NCBI GenBank assembly: GCA_027923505.1
Contig: BROI01000007.1
Span: 186,001-250,000 of the forward strand
DNA length: 64,000 nucleotides
Direction: 5' to 3'
DNA from: Mayamaea pseudoterrestris
Lineage: Eukaryota
Part shown: positions 1 through 10,610 of the stretch, one piece after another
Layout of the letters: every line of letters starts with the position of its first letter
Position numbering within the stretch: the stretch's first letter is position 1
The notes under the pieces: generated by a model
What the model was told of the DNA's origin: nothing
Databases searched by the model: none
What the model saw: only the letters and a program-made list of their open reading frames with translations
Position numbers and translations under genes: made by a program

Positions 1-5
1 TCAAC

Positions 6-3000
6 ATGAGCGGGAACCAAAACGAGGAGTTCCCTGCTCCGCCTCGCATGCCGCCGATCAGTAATAGCATTTTGATCGATGCCGGAAAGCAAAGACAACA
101 ATCCCCCAAATCGGGCGTCGCTCCGCACCTTTCAACTACTTCCATTCCGCCTCTAGCGAGCGCACCACCGTCAGGAAACTTTACTGGGAATCTTTTAAAC
201 ACAACGCACGACGTGGGTTCCACATTTCCTAGTGTTTCGCCAACGATTGTTTCGCTACCGCCGCCTCCGCCTCCGGCAAGGTTGTCTTCCGCGTCACCTT
301 CGTCCTCGTTACCTCGATCGCCTCTGCGCCAGCCCTCGACAACTCCCTTACCTCCGCCGCCAGTCATATCCACGAACATGGCCAGCTTCGGAGATCATAC
401 GGCAATGAATAGCTTAGCTGGCGGTAGCCCTCCAATGGATAACACTGATTTCAGCAGCGACCATGACACCGTCAGCGAACCGCCGCGTCTCCCTTGCACG
501 AGCTTTGCACCCAAGACCCTTCAGCTACTCGCCAAGCGACAAACGCACATCCCAGTTCTTGTCCTAGCTACCGAAGCTGCTCATAAGATAGCTTGGAAGA
601 ATCAGTTGCGGTTGACAGACATGCTGGAAGGCCTGATTCAATCGGCAACGTCGTCCAACTCGGCAGCCGCCGCCTCAAACCCATTGCCTCCATTTCGATC
701 TACCACACGATCCCTCCAGCTGAACTGGTCGGAAATACAAATATCTTTTATTGAGCCGGATCAACTAGCGGCACCGCTTCCCGATGGACACGCACAAACA
801 TTGCTACAGCAACATGCCGTTCTGCAATCATCCGACGGCAATCTTCAGCATGAGCTACAGATTTTGGAGGATCAAGTCGACAATCTGCTCCAGGACAATG
901 TACAAGATCAAAGCAACGTTTCTGATCCAATGGACTGGTACACAGATCGACAGGAGCAGCTTCAGCAAGTCACAAAAGATGCCTATGCCTTGACTAGTCC
1001 ACTCAGTATTCCTTGGCTATGGCGGTATCGAATGGCGCTGGATGCGTCGACAGATGGATTGGAGCCTGACATGTTTCAATGTCCAGCCTTGTGCTTGTTG
1101 GTTTGTACGACGAACGAAGTTGCTGGGCCTTTGGAAACGCTCAAATCGCTATCATCCCGTCATTACTTGCCACCGGCGTATCAGAATGGATTGTTTGATC
1201 CAGACGCGATTCGAAAGGAAGTGTTGGTATTGCATGATTCGGTGGACGGACCAGCCGGTTGGAGCGAAAACTCGTTGCGGCCGCACGAAGCGTCTTTGAG
1301 ACAATCGCTGCAAGCTAAATTTGGACCTTCAGCGAGCATTGTTAGATTGAACAGCATTGCGCCGGCATCAGCTGCGCAACTTGCACACGAGGAAGACTCA
1401 GATCTTTGGGGCGGCGATGGCGCCCGTGGAAAATGTCTATCGGTTTCTGATCGAGTTGTGATTCGCAAATATTTAGCAGCCATGGTGACGAATGCTCTAC
1501 TGCCAGCGTTGGAGAGACGAGTGGCCGATTTAAACGCAATTGTGAGTGATCGAAAGAAGGGCGTGAAGAATGTGTTGAAGAGCTTTTGGCGGGGTGGCAG
1601 CAGGGTCAAGGATGATGAAGTGGCGGCTAGTCCTTCAAGAAGTGACGTCAGGTATAGATTCGACAGCATTGAGAGTCAGTCGAGGTTACTCGCCGATACG
1701 CTGTTTTTGATGCGTGACTACGACGCCGCCCAGGGATTCTATCGTCTCGTTAAGGATGATTATAAGCAAGACAAGGCTCATGGTCATTACGGGAGCGTTT
1801 TAGAGCAAATAGCGCTGTGTATGTACCTTGCGGATTCATATGGCAGAGCCAAGGATATTTTTGCAAGCGTCGAGTCGGCGCTGCTCAGCTACAGTCGAGC
1901 GTCCGAGGACGAACGTCCTCCATCGTGGGGAGAAAAGCCGGGACGTCCATTGACGGCAACACCATATACTCGACTAGCGACGCGCTTGTGTCTCGTGTTG
2001 ACAGCCACTCGCAATATTTGCGACGACAAGCATGTCGAGGTTGGTGACTTATTGGCGTCGGCGTCTTCCCATGAAACCTCCCTCGGGGCCGCCGTGCTGC
2101 TGGAACAGAGCTCAGCGCACTATTTTAGGGCTGGTATGTACAGGAAATATGCCTTCCACATGCTCATGAGTGGGCACATGTTTCGGTCCGCTGAGCAAGA
2201 GCATCACGCTTTCCGCTGCTTCACATCGGCCTTGTACATTTACCGTTACAGCAAGTGGGACGAGCTTCACAACCATTTGCGATCAGCGCTGGCGGCGCAA
2301 CTATATTCCATGGATCGACTTGCCATGTCGCTTCAACTATATGCCAAGCTCGTCGGATCCAGCAGCGGCGGCAGAGTGTCGTCAAAATCTCAACAAAAGT
2401 TTGTCAACCATTTACTGGAAATATGTAACGATAATCCAAAGAAAGCGCTTGTTGGGGCTGACCGTATGGCTTCCTCTCCAAAATTATCCGGGGAGAAAAG
2501 AGAAGCTGTGCGTAAAGAGCGACTTGAGCGCATCGTCCAGGTCGTTCGCTATACCAAGAGTGCGTCCCGCGTATTAGAAATTCCGAACATGACTCTGCCA
2601 TGTATTGACAACTCGACCGTCATTGTCATTGCTGACGAGACGTATCATTCACGACGCGAGGACATTCAATCACTTGGTACTCCCGGTCCTGGCACAGACG
2701 ATATATGGAACGAACTCACGATGATGGCGAACGCAGAGTTGAGAATGACTGGGATGGAAAGTCCGAATTTTGATGAATCAATGGCAACGGCGCTGGCCAG
2801 AATAGACGATCCTTATGTACAGAACTATCTCAGTCAAATTGATAAAGAGAAGCTCAGGTTGCGCTCATTGATACGCTCAAAAAAGTCGTCGTCCTATATT
2901 GAAAGTCCCCCGGTCAGAGCTCGAAGGGAACCAATTACAGTCGATTTCGCAATGAGTAATCCGCTGTCAGTTCCCATCGACCTTTCTGACTTACAGCTGA

Positions 3001-4943
3001 TCGTTCGCATGTCCTTGGACGCAGGTGAGCATATTTGCACTAACGAGGACGCAATTAAAATTACTCCGTTGGTGTCATACAACGAAAAGCCCGAATGGAC
3101 GTTCCCTGGAAGTGACGCCAAGTATGCGGTTGCTGATTTCTGTCGCACATCGTCGGGTGAGAGTGAGGATGGCAAGCATTCATGGAGGTCGTCTGAGGGT
3201 TTCAATCCAAGCTTTGTGGTCACAAAAACAAGCTTGACTCTCGATCCCGAGAGCAGAAAGTCGGTCGCAATAAGCATATGCCCGCTCACAGAAGGACGAC
3301 TAGAAATTCTTGGTGCCCGCTGTCGATTATTTGACGATGTTTGGGTCAACCACGTCTTTGACCTACCCGGTGACTTACTGCAGGATACGAGGTCTAATCG
3401 TGCAAGTCGTGTGCGAGGTAAATGTACGGCTTTGATCGCCAACGTTGAACGCGGCATGCCATCGCTTACAGTACAGCTGCTTCGACTTAAAAGTAACCCA
3501 TTTCAAGAGAGTCCTGAAACCTTTTTGGATGGCGAGGTGTCTCATTGGACGCTCCGAGTGTCTAATGTTGGGACCGCTGCCGCAACCAACGTGTTTCTGA
3601 AGACGAATTTACCTTGGATATCTATTACTGGCGCTAGCTCTGGCTTTTCCGCTGAGTCTGACGGTTTGGAACATGGAGACATTAGTAACTACATTGGACC
3701 GACTGGGACACTTATGAAAATTCCGCTTCACAAAAGCGCCTTAAGGACGAACGACGAGTTACTACCTGAAGACTCGGTTGACATTCCTATTCAGATTATG
3801 ACCACCGGCAATGGTAAACAGTCCTTCTACCTGCTGTTTCGTTACGAGCTTGTGGACGATGATTCGGAAACTCCACGTTATCGATGGCTGCGGAGCATGT
3901 TTGAGGTCCCAGTTCTTCCATCATTGCGCATGGATGTACATGTGGCTCCATTGTTTTCCGCACCAGGGAAGTATACTCTTTCCGTGGAAGCTACGAACCT
4001 GAGGACCGACCGTCCAGATTGCATGCGCATCAATATAAACAAGCTCTCGCTAGCGAGTCGTTGTTACAGTGTTGAGTCACTGGGTGGTCACATTGCACCA
4101 ATTGAAATGGAGTCAAGCTGTGACTGGCAAGAGAAGAATGCTCTGCATGTTTTAGTCTCGCCCACACGAAACGAAACTGTGCTAATAAGTGAATGCCAAT
4201 TGAGTGGCTATAATGGAGCAATACAAGTGTTGAATGCAGCATCGACCGAAGTCTTAGATTTTGTGCGCCTGCACTACGCTCATGATATATGCGAACAGGC
4301 GTTGCGTTCGCATGAATCTACGCTAAACCAAACTTCGTCCACCACTGACAAAGATGGTAGTCACCCAAAATCGATTGCTCAGATACGCAGAGAGAACACC
4401 AGCTCCAGTTTTTCTTTCAATCAAGAAAGTGATTCAGACGCCGGGATTGGACACCCAACATCATTAAAGCGGTTATGTCCACCCGAGCAATATAATCATT
4501 CATTCTCTCTAGTCATGTCGTGGTCAACCAAGGACGGTTTGCATTGTGGGCAACACTTTAAGCGTGATATCTGCATTCGCCCCTCTGTAAAATATACGGA
4601 GTGTCCCATTAGTTTGTCGGCGATATATCCCGAGTCAGTGGTTGCAGATCTAAACTGCGGACCGGCTTACATACCTTATGAAATTACGTTGCACAACGGC
4701 TTGGTCGACGAGACAGTCCCCTTCGAGTTTACCATTAAGTGTCCTGAAGATTTTGATATTGTTGGACCCGAATGTTTCAAGGGGTGCCTAGGTGGAGGAG
4801 ACGCGATGTCGTTCGAGCTACAAGCTATCATTCCGCACACGGGTCTGTTCAATCTACAAAGAGTATGTCTGACGAGTCAAAGAGAGAATGCTTTCTCTTA
4901 TACATTTCCTTTGCAGTGGATTGTACATGTTCATAGCTCCTAA
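6..4943 (+). CDS. TRAPPC8: Trafficking protein particle complex III subunit TRAPPC8/Trs85
   Basis: 1645-aa ORF with a Pro/Ser-rich N-terminus and TRAPPC8 hallmarks: 'RKKGVKNVLKSFW', 'ESQSRLLADTLFLMRDYDAA..FYRLVKDDYKQDKA', 'AAVLLEQSSAHY', 'RKYAFHMLMSGHMF', followed by a beta-rich C-terminal region ('EPITVDFAMSNPLSVPIDLSDLQL'). Confidence 0.9.
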   Translation: MSGNQNEEFPAPPRMPPISNSILIDAGKQRQQSPKSGVAPHLSTTSIPPLASAPPSGNFTGNLLNTTHDVGSTFPSVSPTIVSLPPPPPPARLSSASPSSSLPRSPLRQPSTTPLPPPPVISTNMASFGDHTAMNSLAGGSPPMDNTDFSSDHDTVSEPPRLPCTSFAPKTLQLLAKRQTHIPVLVLATEAAHKIAWKNQLRLTDMLEGLIQSATSSNSAAAASNPLPPFRSTTRSLQLNWSEIQISFIEPDQLAAPLPDGHAQTLLQQHAVLQSSDGNLQHELQILEDQVDNLLQDNVQDQSNVSDPMDWYTDRQEQLQQVTKDAYALTSPLSIPWLWRYRMALDASTDGLEPDMFQCPALCLLVCTTNEVAGPLETLKSLSSRHYLPPAYQNGLFDPDAIRKEVLVLHDSVDGPAGWSENSLRPHEASLRQSLQAKFGPSASIVRLNSIAPASAAQLAHEEDSDLWGGDGARGKCLSVSDRVVIRKYLAAMVTNALLPALERRVADLNAIVSDRKKGVKNVLKSFWRGGSRVKDDEVAASPSRSDVRYRFDSIESQSRLLADTLFLMRDYDAAQGFYRLVKDDYKQDKAHGHYGSVLEQIALCMYLADSYGRAKDIFASVESALLSYSRASEDERPPSWGEKPGRPLTATPYTRLATRLCLVLTATRNICDDKHVEVGDLLASASSHETSLGAAVLLEQSSAHYFRAGMYRKYAFHMLMSGHMFRSAEQEHHAFRCFTSALYIYRYSKWDELHNHLRSALAAQLYSMDRLAMSLQLYAKLVGSSSGGRVSSKSQQKFVNHLLEICNDNPKKALVGADRMASSPKLSGEKREAVRKERLERIVQVVRYTKSASRVLEIPNMTLPCIDNSTVIVIADETYHSRREDIQSLGTPGPGTDDIWNELTMMANAELRMTGMESPNFDESMATALARIDDPYVQNYLSQIDKEKLRLRSLIRSKKSSSYIESPPVRARREPITVDFAMSNPLSVPIDLSDLQLIVRMSLDAGEHICTNEDAIKITPLVSYNEKPEWTFPGSDAKYAVADFCRTSSGESEDGKHSWRSSEGFNPSFVVTKTSLTLDPESRKSVAISICPLTEGRLEILGARCRLFDDVWVNHVFDLPGDLLQDTRSNRASRVRGKCTALIANVERGMPSLTVQLLRLKSNPFQESPETFLDGEVSHWTLRVSNVGTAAATNVFLKTNLPWISITGASSGFSAESDGLEHGDISNYIGPTGTLMKIPLHKSALRTNDELLPEDSVDIPIQIMTTGNGKQSFYLLFRYELVDDDSETPRYRWLRSMFEVPVLPSLRMDVHVAPLFSAPGKYTLSVEATNLRTDRPDCMRININKLSLASRCYSVESLGGHIAPIEMESSCDWQEKNALHVLVSPTRNETVLISECQLSGYNGAIQVLNAASTEVLDFVRLHYAHDICEQALRSHESTLNQTSSTTDKDGSHPKSIAQIRRENTSSSFSFNQESDSDAGIGHPTSLKRLCPPEQYNHSFSLVMSWSTKDGLHCGQHFKRDICIRPSVKYTECPISLSAIYPESVVADLNCGPAYIPYEITLHNGLVDETVPFEFTIKCPEDFDIVGPECFKGCLGGGDAMSFELQAIIPHTGLFNLQRVCLTSQRENAFSYTFPLQWIVHVHSS

Positions 4944-4948
4944 CGTCA

Positions 4949-7039
4949 TTAGTGTACATTACCTCTATCACAGCGCCCCATTCTTCCGATCAATAAATGC
5001 GCGCCACCGACTGCAACTTGCAAGCTAGTATCTTCGTAGCCAGGAGTCGTCATGACCGGAGTTAAGGCTATCTGTGCGAGTCTAGAACGGTCCGTGGCAT
5101 CTCCTGTAGCCAGGTTACCATGTTCGTTCCATCCACAAACCCAAACCAGTCCCCGTTCATCGACTAAAACTGTGGATTCCGATCCACAGACAACTTTCAC
5201 AGACTTTGTATTTTTAAAGATTTGCGTGGGATACTTAAACGATCCAGCAAATCCTAGCTGTCCTCGATCGGTCCTTCCCCAGCCAAAAGTTACCGCTGCA
5301 CTTTTCGTCAAAGCAACCGTGTGACTCCATCCACAGTCGAAGTCATGAACTTCGCAGCCATTAGGTAGGGACACAATCTGAGGATTCGCATCAAACAACT
5401 TGTCTCTAGTTGTTCGCCCGAGTTGGCCATACCTATTATCGCCAAACGACCAGAGCCTTCCGAGACTGTCCAAGGCCACAGTGTGATATCTCCCACACGC
5501 GACCTTCGTTATCAACGCATCGTCAGGCTTCCATCGACTCAAATGTACTTGCTGCACTGAAAATGACTGACCATGTTGACTGCAACCAAAGACAATCAAA
5601 TCTCCTTTAACAGTCACAACTGCCGAGTGATACAGACCAGCGGCTACGTGTATGGCACTGTCATTCACTAAAAACGTTGGTGTGTGAGGTTCTCGTACCT
5701 TTGCGCCAGCAATCCCTGTGACTTGACCGCGGCTGTCGTCACCAAACGCCATTACTCGCCCATCCTTCGTAACAATAACCGTGTGCGAAAACCCAAGCGC
5801 CGCTTTAGCAACCCGAATGTTGTCCAGTTCCGATAGAACAAAAAAGCCATCAGGGAGTGCTTTGGAGTGACAGGTTCCTAGCTGTGAATGCTCATTCCAG
5901 CCAAACAAAAAAAGACGGCCACTGGCGGTGATCGCGCCGGAGTGCCCGGTGCCCGCTACTAGGTCGACGACTGGGTCTGGAGGACCAGAGGCGGCATAAG
6001 CCAATACACTTTCGGTCAATCGATAAGCATCCTCACCGTTCACAAGATTATATACATCTGAAAGAAGCAGTTGATTATGTTGGTTCGATCCGCTAGCCGC
6101 GAAAAAGAATGTACTATACTCAGTTCTGATCTGCTCTTCTAATCGTGTCAGCACAATTGTTTCATCGCAAGAGGCCAGTGCCTTGGTAGACGTTGCGGCA
6201 TCGTCAAGGAAATGACGGAGACAATGAAGATATGTCTCATTCGATCCACTGGGTCCCTCTGCAGCCGCAATGACTGCGGCTGCGAATGTCAATGATTGCA
6301 AGGCTCGCGGCCAAAATGCTGGATTATCCGGAGTACCCCGATATAGCAAACATTGTACGGTTTCGCCTGTTTCGTCGACAACGACGTCAATCACGTCTCG
6401 CGCATATCCTCCCTTCTCTCGAAAATCAAGCTCCGCCAGGCAGTCCTTCACGAGTAGAGGCGGAATGACGTATACCAAACCTTCCGTCATGGACTCTTTC
6501 AAAGCTTCTTTCTTGTCACGTAATGTTCGATAGTTGTGAAACTCCTCGTCCGTCAGTAGCGTGCAGACGATCCCAGGAAAGATGGTCGTTCCTCGGTGAT
6601 CAGTGCTCTTTTGCGCCCAACAGCGTCGGTAGCCCTTGGCGCGCGCCAATGTGTTGGTAACAGAAGCATCTGCCAAAATGCCCGTTCCTGGGTTCCAGCA
6701 GAGTGACCCGTAGCCGAAGATACGGAGAAAGCCGTGATTGTCTTGTATCATTCGCTCGATGGCAGCATTGTCTGCCTCTGGGACGCCTCCGACATATATT
6801 TGCTGCTCTGGACACCAGTAAACCTTTTCTCGTTCCTCCATTACATCTTCGCTGTTTGCTTGGAAATTTTGTTGGGGCAGATTTGTTGACATGGAGAGTG
6901 ATGCGAATGAAACGCGAATGATGCGGCGAGTGACTTGTGTGACGAAAATGCGTTGCGTGAATGCGAGACTACTAGGAGTAAGCCAATGAACCAGACAGCA
7001 AGCAAAACTTAAACGCAACCGAGTAGAGAAATCATACAT
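4949..7039 (-). CDS. ChaC-family gamma-glutamylcyclotransferase fused to an RCC1-repeat beta-propeller; probable plastid targeting
   Basis: ChaC motifs 'IFGYGSLCW', 'STDHRGT..FPG', 'LDFREKGGY', 'GPSGSNETYL'. C-terminal RCC1 repeats ('AGTGHSGAITASGRLFLFGWNEHSQLG', 'CGRYHTVAL..LGRLWSFGDNRYGQLG', 'CGWSHTVAL'). Hydrophobic N-terminus ending 'SSLA-F'. Confidence 0.85.
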   Translation of the reverse strand: MYDFSTRLRLSFACCLVHWLTPSSLAFTQRIFVTQVTRRIIRVSFASLSMSTNLPQQNFQANSEDVMEEREKVYWCPEQQIYVGGVPEADNAAIERMIQDNHGFLRIFGYGSLCWNPGTGILADASVTNTLARAKGYRRCWAQKSTDHRGTTIFPGIVCTLLTDEEFHNYRTLRDKKEALKESMTEGLVYVIPPLLVKDCLAELDFREKGGYARDVIDVVVDETGETVQCLLYRGTPDNPAFWPRALQSLTFAAAVIAAAEGPSGSNETYLHCLRHFLDDAATSTKALASCDETIVLTRLEEQIRTEYSTFFFAASGSNQHNQLLLSDVYNLVNGEDAYRLTESVLAYAASGPPDPVVDLVAGTGHSGAITASGRLFLFGWNEHSQLGTCHSKALPDGFFVLSELDNIRVAKAALGFSHTVIVTKDGRVMAFGDDSRGQVTGIAGAKVREPHTPTFLVNDSAIHVAAGLYHSAVVTVKGDLIVFGCSQHGQSFSVQQVHLSRWKPDDALITKVACGRYHTVALDSLGRLWSFGDNRYGQLGRTTRDKLFDANPQIVSLPNGCEVHDFDCGWSHTVALTKSAAVTFGWGRTDRGQLGFAGSFKYPTQIFKNTKSVKVVCGSESTVLVDERGLVWVCGWNEHGNLATGDATDRSRLAQIALTPVMTTPGYEDTSLQVAVGGAHLLIGRMGRCDRGNVH

Positions 7040-7346
7040 GTAGTTATTGTTGGCTCACTATAAGCTGTATGCCACTCTCGTCGCATTATCTGCGTTATCA
7101 TCAGCAGCTTGATTGGCATCGTCGCGAAGAGCGTCATCTTATCGTATTGGTGTCGCACAGTAACCCACACTAATACCGTTACGACTCGCATGCAACGAAC
7201 ACTCGTCAATTTTGTCGATTCGATTCTCAACGCGATCTTTGATCCTTGATCCTTGCGACCCAACACAACAGCAAGCACAACCTCGACATACTGAGTAGTC
7301 AATGGTGCAAAAGATTGATTGAATGCAACGGTGATTACGCATACGC

Positions 7347-8675
7347 ATGTATCATGTCTCAACCATAGCTATGTGCATGCTCATAGTGCAATCCTTTGTA
7401 CTGCGTCAAGTTTCATCTGTTGGTACTGGCGCTTCCCATTGCAGACGATCACTTCACTCGTTTCAACATCGACGAGCAACCCACAGCTTATTAAGAGGCG
7501 GCGCAAACGAAGCTAGACAAACTGTAGAAATAATGGAAGAACAAGCGGAATCAGAGCATTGGAATTCGATTGGAGGTGGAGCTGTCAACGAGAAGCAGCG
7601 CGCATTATTAAATGCTGATTCTGCTAAAGAAAAATGCGCGGCAACGACTAGCAGCTGTGACAATGGCGCATTCACTTCCAAGCATAGATCACACTTGTAT
7701 CATGCACTTGAAGGCCTGGGTCGATATCCTAACTACTTGCAGCGATGGTCGACACAAGATATAGATCACTTGGAGGCTTCACTGGAGGAACAATTGACCA
7801 AGGTGCGAACGCAACGAGCGATGGTGATTGGAGCCCGAGCCGCGACTCGAGAATTGATCGAGCAACTTATGCTTACTGGCGAAGCCGACGAGACTTGGAG
7901 TGATCTTTTCATTTACTCAAGGCCAAATGACTGGAACGATGTGCAATGCCTTCTCGATCCACGAACCGTGACTGCCATTTTTAAATCCAACATGTTCGAG
8001 AAACATAACAATATCGCCAGTGTCGCAAGTGTACTCGACGGAACGGCGAATGTCAAGCTTGACGTGGCCAAGCTGACCGAATTAATAGACGAGGAATGAG
8101 CGTACGTGAAAGCCTTTAACGCGCTTGTCAAGGCGAAGAGTGATCCAAGGCTTCATCAAATGGATCGTCGCCCTTTTGACTTGGATTCCATTGGGTTGTC
8201 GTGGTTAAACGATCTGCTGCTGCATTTAATTATTCGTCCCATTTCAAAACAATTGTTTCAATCGACGGAGTTCTACTCGGAACTGGATTGGCGGCATGGG
8301 TTCATTGCGGGCTACTCGGCAACACCGCAGGGTGGAACTCCGCGAGAACGACTCGTGCCGCACACCGACGACTCGGAAATGACATTGAATATTGGGCTCG
8401 GAGACGTGTTTGAAGGAGGTGAAGTGGTGTTTCATGGCCTACGCGGCAGCAATCATGCGACAGACGTCGACGGTTGCATTCCGCCGCGACCTGGTAAAGC
8501 CCTTTTGCATATCGGTCGCCATTTGCATGCCGTTTCGCAAGTTACCAAGGGAGATCGGTTTGCCTTGATTGTTTGGGCGAGATCATGGCAGGGCGTTCGT
8601 GCGCAAACATGTGCCTGTTGCTGGCTCAATCGACGACTAGATAATTCGTGCATATGTGGATATAAGTGGAATTAA
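7347..8675 (+). CDS. 2-oxoglutarate/Fe(II) dioxygenase (PLOD/P4H-like C-terminal domain), interrupted by one in-frame TGA at 8097-8099
   Basis: ORFs 7347-8099 and 8106-8675 are in the same frame. The C-terminal part has HxD...H...R: 'LVPHTDDSEMTLNIGLGDVFEGGEVVF', 'ALLHIGRHLHAVSQVTKGDRFALIVWARS', plus a Cys-rich tail. May be a disrupted allele or a sequence error. Confidence 0.7.
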
Positions 8676-8816
8676 AGCCTACACCAAGTATAGATATCAT
8701 AAGACGGAAATATAGTATCCATGCTTCTTCAATGGCGAGAAGTCCTAAAAATTGTGCAAGCATTTTTCTTTTGTGTGTCTTGAGTGTGCGAGAATGTCGA
8801 CCACCATTCGACGTGT

Positions 8817-9738
8817 CTATTCCAAGTCATTCATCCGAAAATGATGCCTATCATTCTCGTGAAGAAATGAGTCGCATGCCCAGCGCAGCAATAGGGGTGG
8901 TTCCATTAGTCGCTTAACACGCCAGCCACGCAGATCTGCCATGACTGGGTATACGAATTCCAAAAAGTAATACAAATGGCCGACAGCAATCCCAATCAAG
9001 TCCATCGTAATCGCATTACCAATCAAAACGCTGAACGCCAGCATGACCCAAGGCAAATACGGAGCCCGAAAGACCAGGAAACCAAACATTGCCATCTGTA
9101 GAAAAGAGAGACAATAAGATGAGTGAATCTCAATGCATCCAATCGCTATTCAATGTTGCCGCAATGCCAATTTACATACCCGAACACCTTCATTTCTCCG
9201 TCCCCAAACATAAGTCATCATGAATGTTAAGGCTGATCCGAGAAAGTGGACATTGACAAATGTAGCAACTGCCGAAATGGCGCAGCAACCAAAGATGAGC
9301 ATCCAAACGTAATTCGCTGTGCGTCCTCGAAAATCACCTTCCTCCAACATGCGACTATACCGCACAAGAAAATACATGTGAAACAAGAAGTCAACCGAGA
9401 ATAAGCCAAAGAATAAGTACGACGTCACTAGCCTCCAAACTTCACCCTGAGCAATCAGACCCCATTCGTAGTAAAGTGAAAAAGGGGAAATAATCTCAAC
9501 GGCGCAGGCCCCAGTGGTAATAAAAGCTCCAGTCAAGTATAGACGCGAAATTGGAGGGAGTTCCTTGTACCTGGAGTAAAAACGATCCCGAGTAAGTGTG
9601 ATGCTAGTGCCGAGCGCCGCTAACAGCAAGCCCGGCCAGCCTACAAGGTAGCTTTACTCACCACGACATGAGATCAACCCCGGCTCCTCCATTATTTCCA
9701 TCAGCACGCGGAGCACCAAAACCTCCGGCAAAATCCAT
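8817..9738 (-). CDS. DER1: Derlin (Der1-like ERAD membrane protein, Derlin-2-like), 3 exons: 9738-9662, 9570-9180, 9095-8817
   Basis: 'WYKELPPISRLY', 'GEVWRLVTSYLFFG..SVDFLFHMYFLVRYSRMLEEGDFRGRTA', 'FLGSALTFMMTYVWGRRN', 'FRAPYLPWV', 'GIAVGHLYYFLE'. Introns 9661-9571 (GTGAGT..CAG) and 9179-9096 (GTATGT..CAG) restore the frame. Confidence 0.93.
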
Positions 9739-10232
9739 GATGTAAGGTGATAACGCAACAAATTGTTTGAAGTCTTGTCCCTTTATGACTCGTTGGAAGC
9801 AGCAAAAGGTCAACTTTAAATGACTGCCGTCTAGCAGCGGCTATCTCGTCAACAAAGGGCTGTTTGCTATGTCAAAATACCGAGATAATGTTCAAGATTA
9901 GCATAAAATTCGCTCGACGGGCAGATCTGAAGAGCCTCTTGATGAAGCAAGACGACACTTCTTGTGACCAGCGGTGAAAATCCGGCGAAACGTGTCGGTT
10001 CATGGGTAGCGTCACTATAGCGCAATGTGTACTCATGCGAACGCAAGGTTTTCCACGCGGAGCTACGCTCGGTACATTATAATAGAGTATGCCCGTGCTA
10101 GCATAATTACACGCTGCCTGATGGTCTGTGGCACTGCCATGCAACTATTATAGGCAGTAGTGATGTGCAGTATAATATAAAGCAGAACAACATCAATTTG
10201 TGTTGCAAGGATTGCCTTCATGGATGTGTGTA

Positions 10233-10605
10233 GTGCCACTATGGAGCACCTGTCTACCATCCTATGGGCACCTGCATGTCCCATATGTTCATTTGGCGTG
10301 GTGAAATCCCTCCTTTGCATCCAAGTAGCTCAGTGATGGTAAGAAGGAAATACCTTCTAAACGCCGCTTTAAGGGTCGGTGCCACTGGAGCACCTGCATG
10401 GCCAAACCCTTGTCTTATATGTTTATCTGGCGTTGTGAAACCCATCCATGGCCTCCAAGTAGCTCAGTGACGGCAAGAAGGAAATACCTTCTGAGTTCCG
10501 CTTGAAGGGTCATCTACCTAGAAGGTGCCACTGGAGCACTAGTCTACCATCCTATGAGCACCTGCATGGCCAAACCCTTGTCCCATACGTTCATTTGGCA
10601 TAACC
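10233..10605. repeat. Degenerate CpG-poor tandem repeat, ~2.5 copies, 146-bp spacing
   Basis: 'GTGCCACT..GGAGCAC' at 10233, 10379 and 10525; 'CCAAGTAGCTCAGTGA.GG.AAGAAGGAAATACCTTCT' at ~10321 and ~10455. Confidence 0.8.
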
Positions 10606-10610
10606 ACTCC

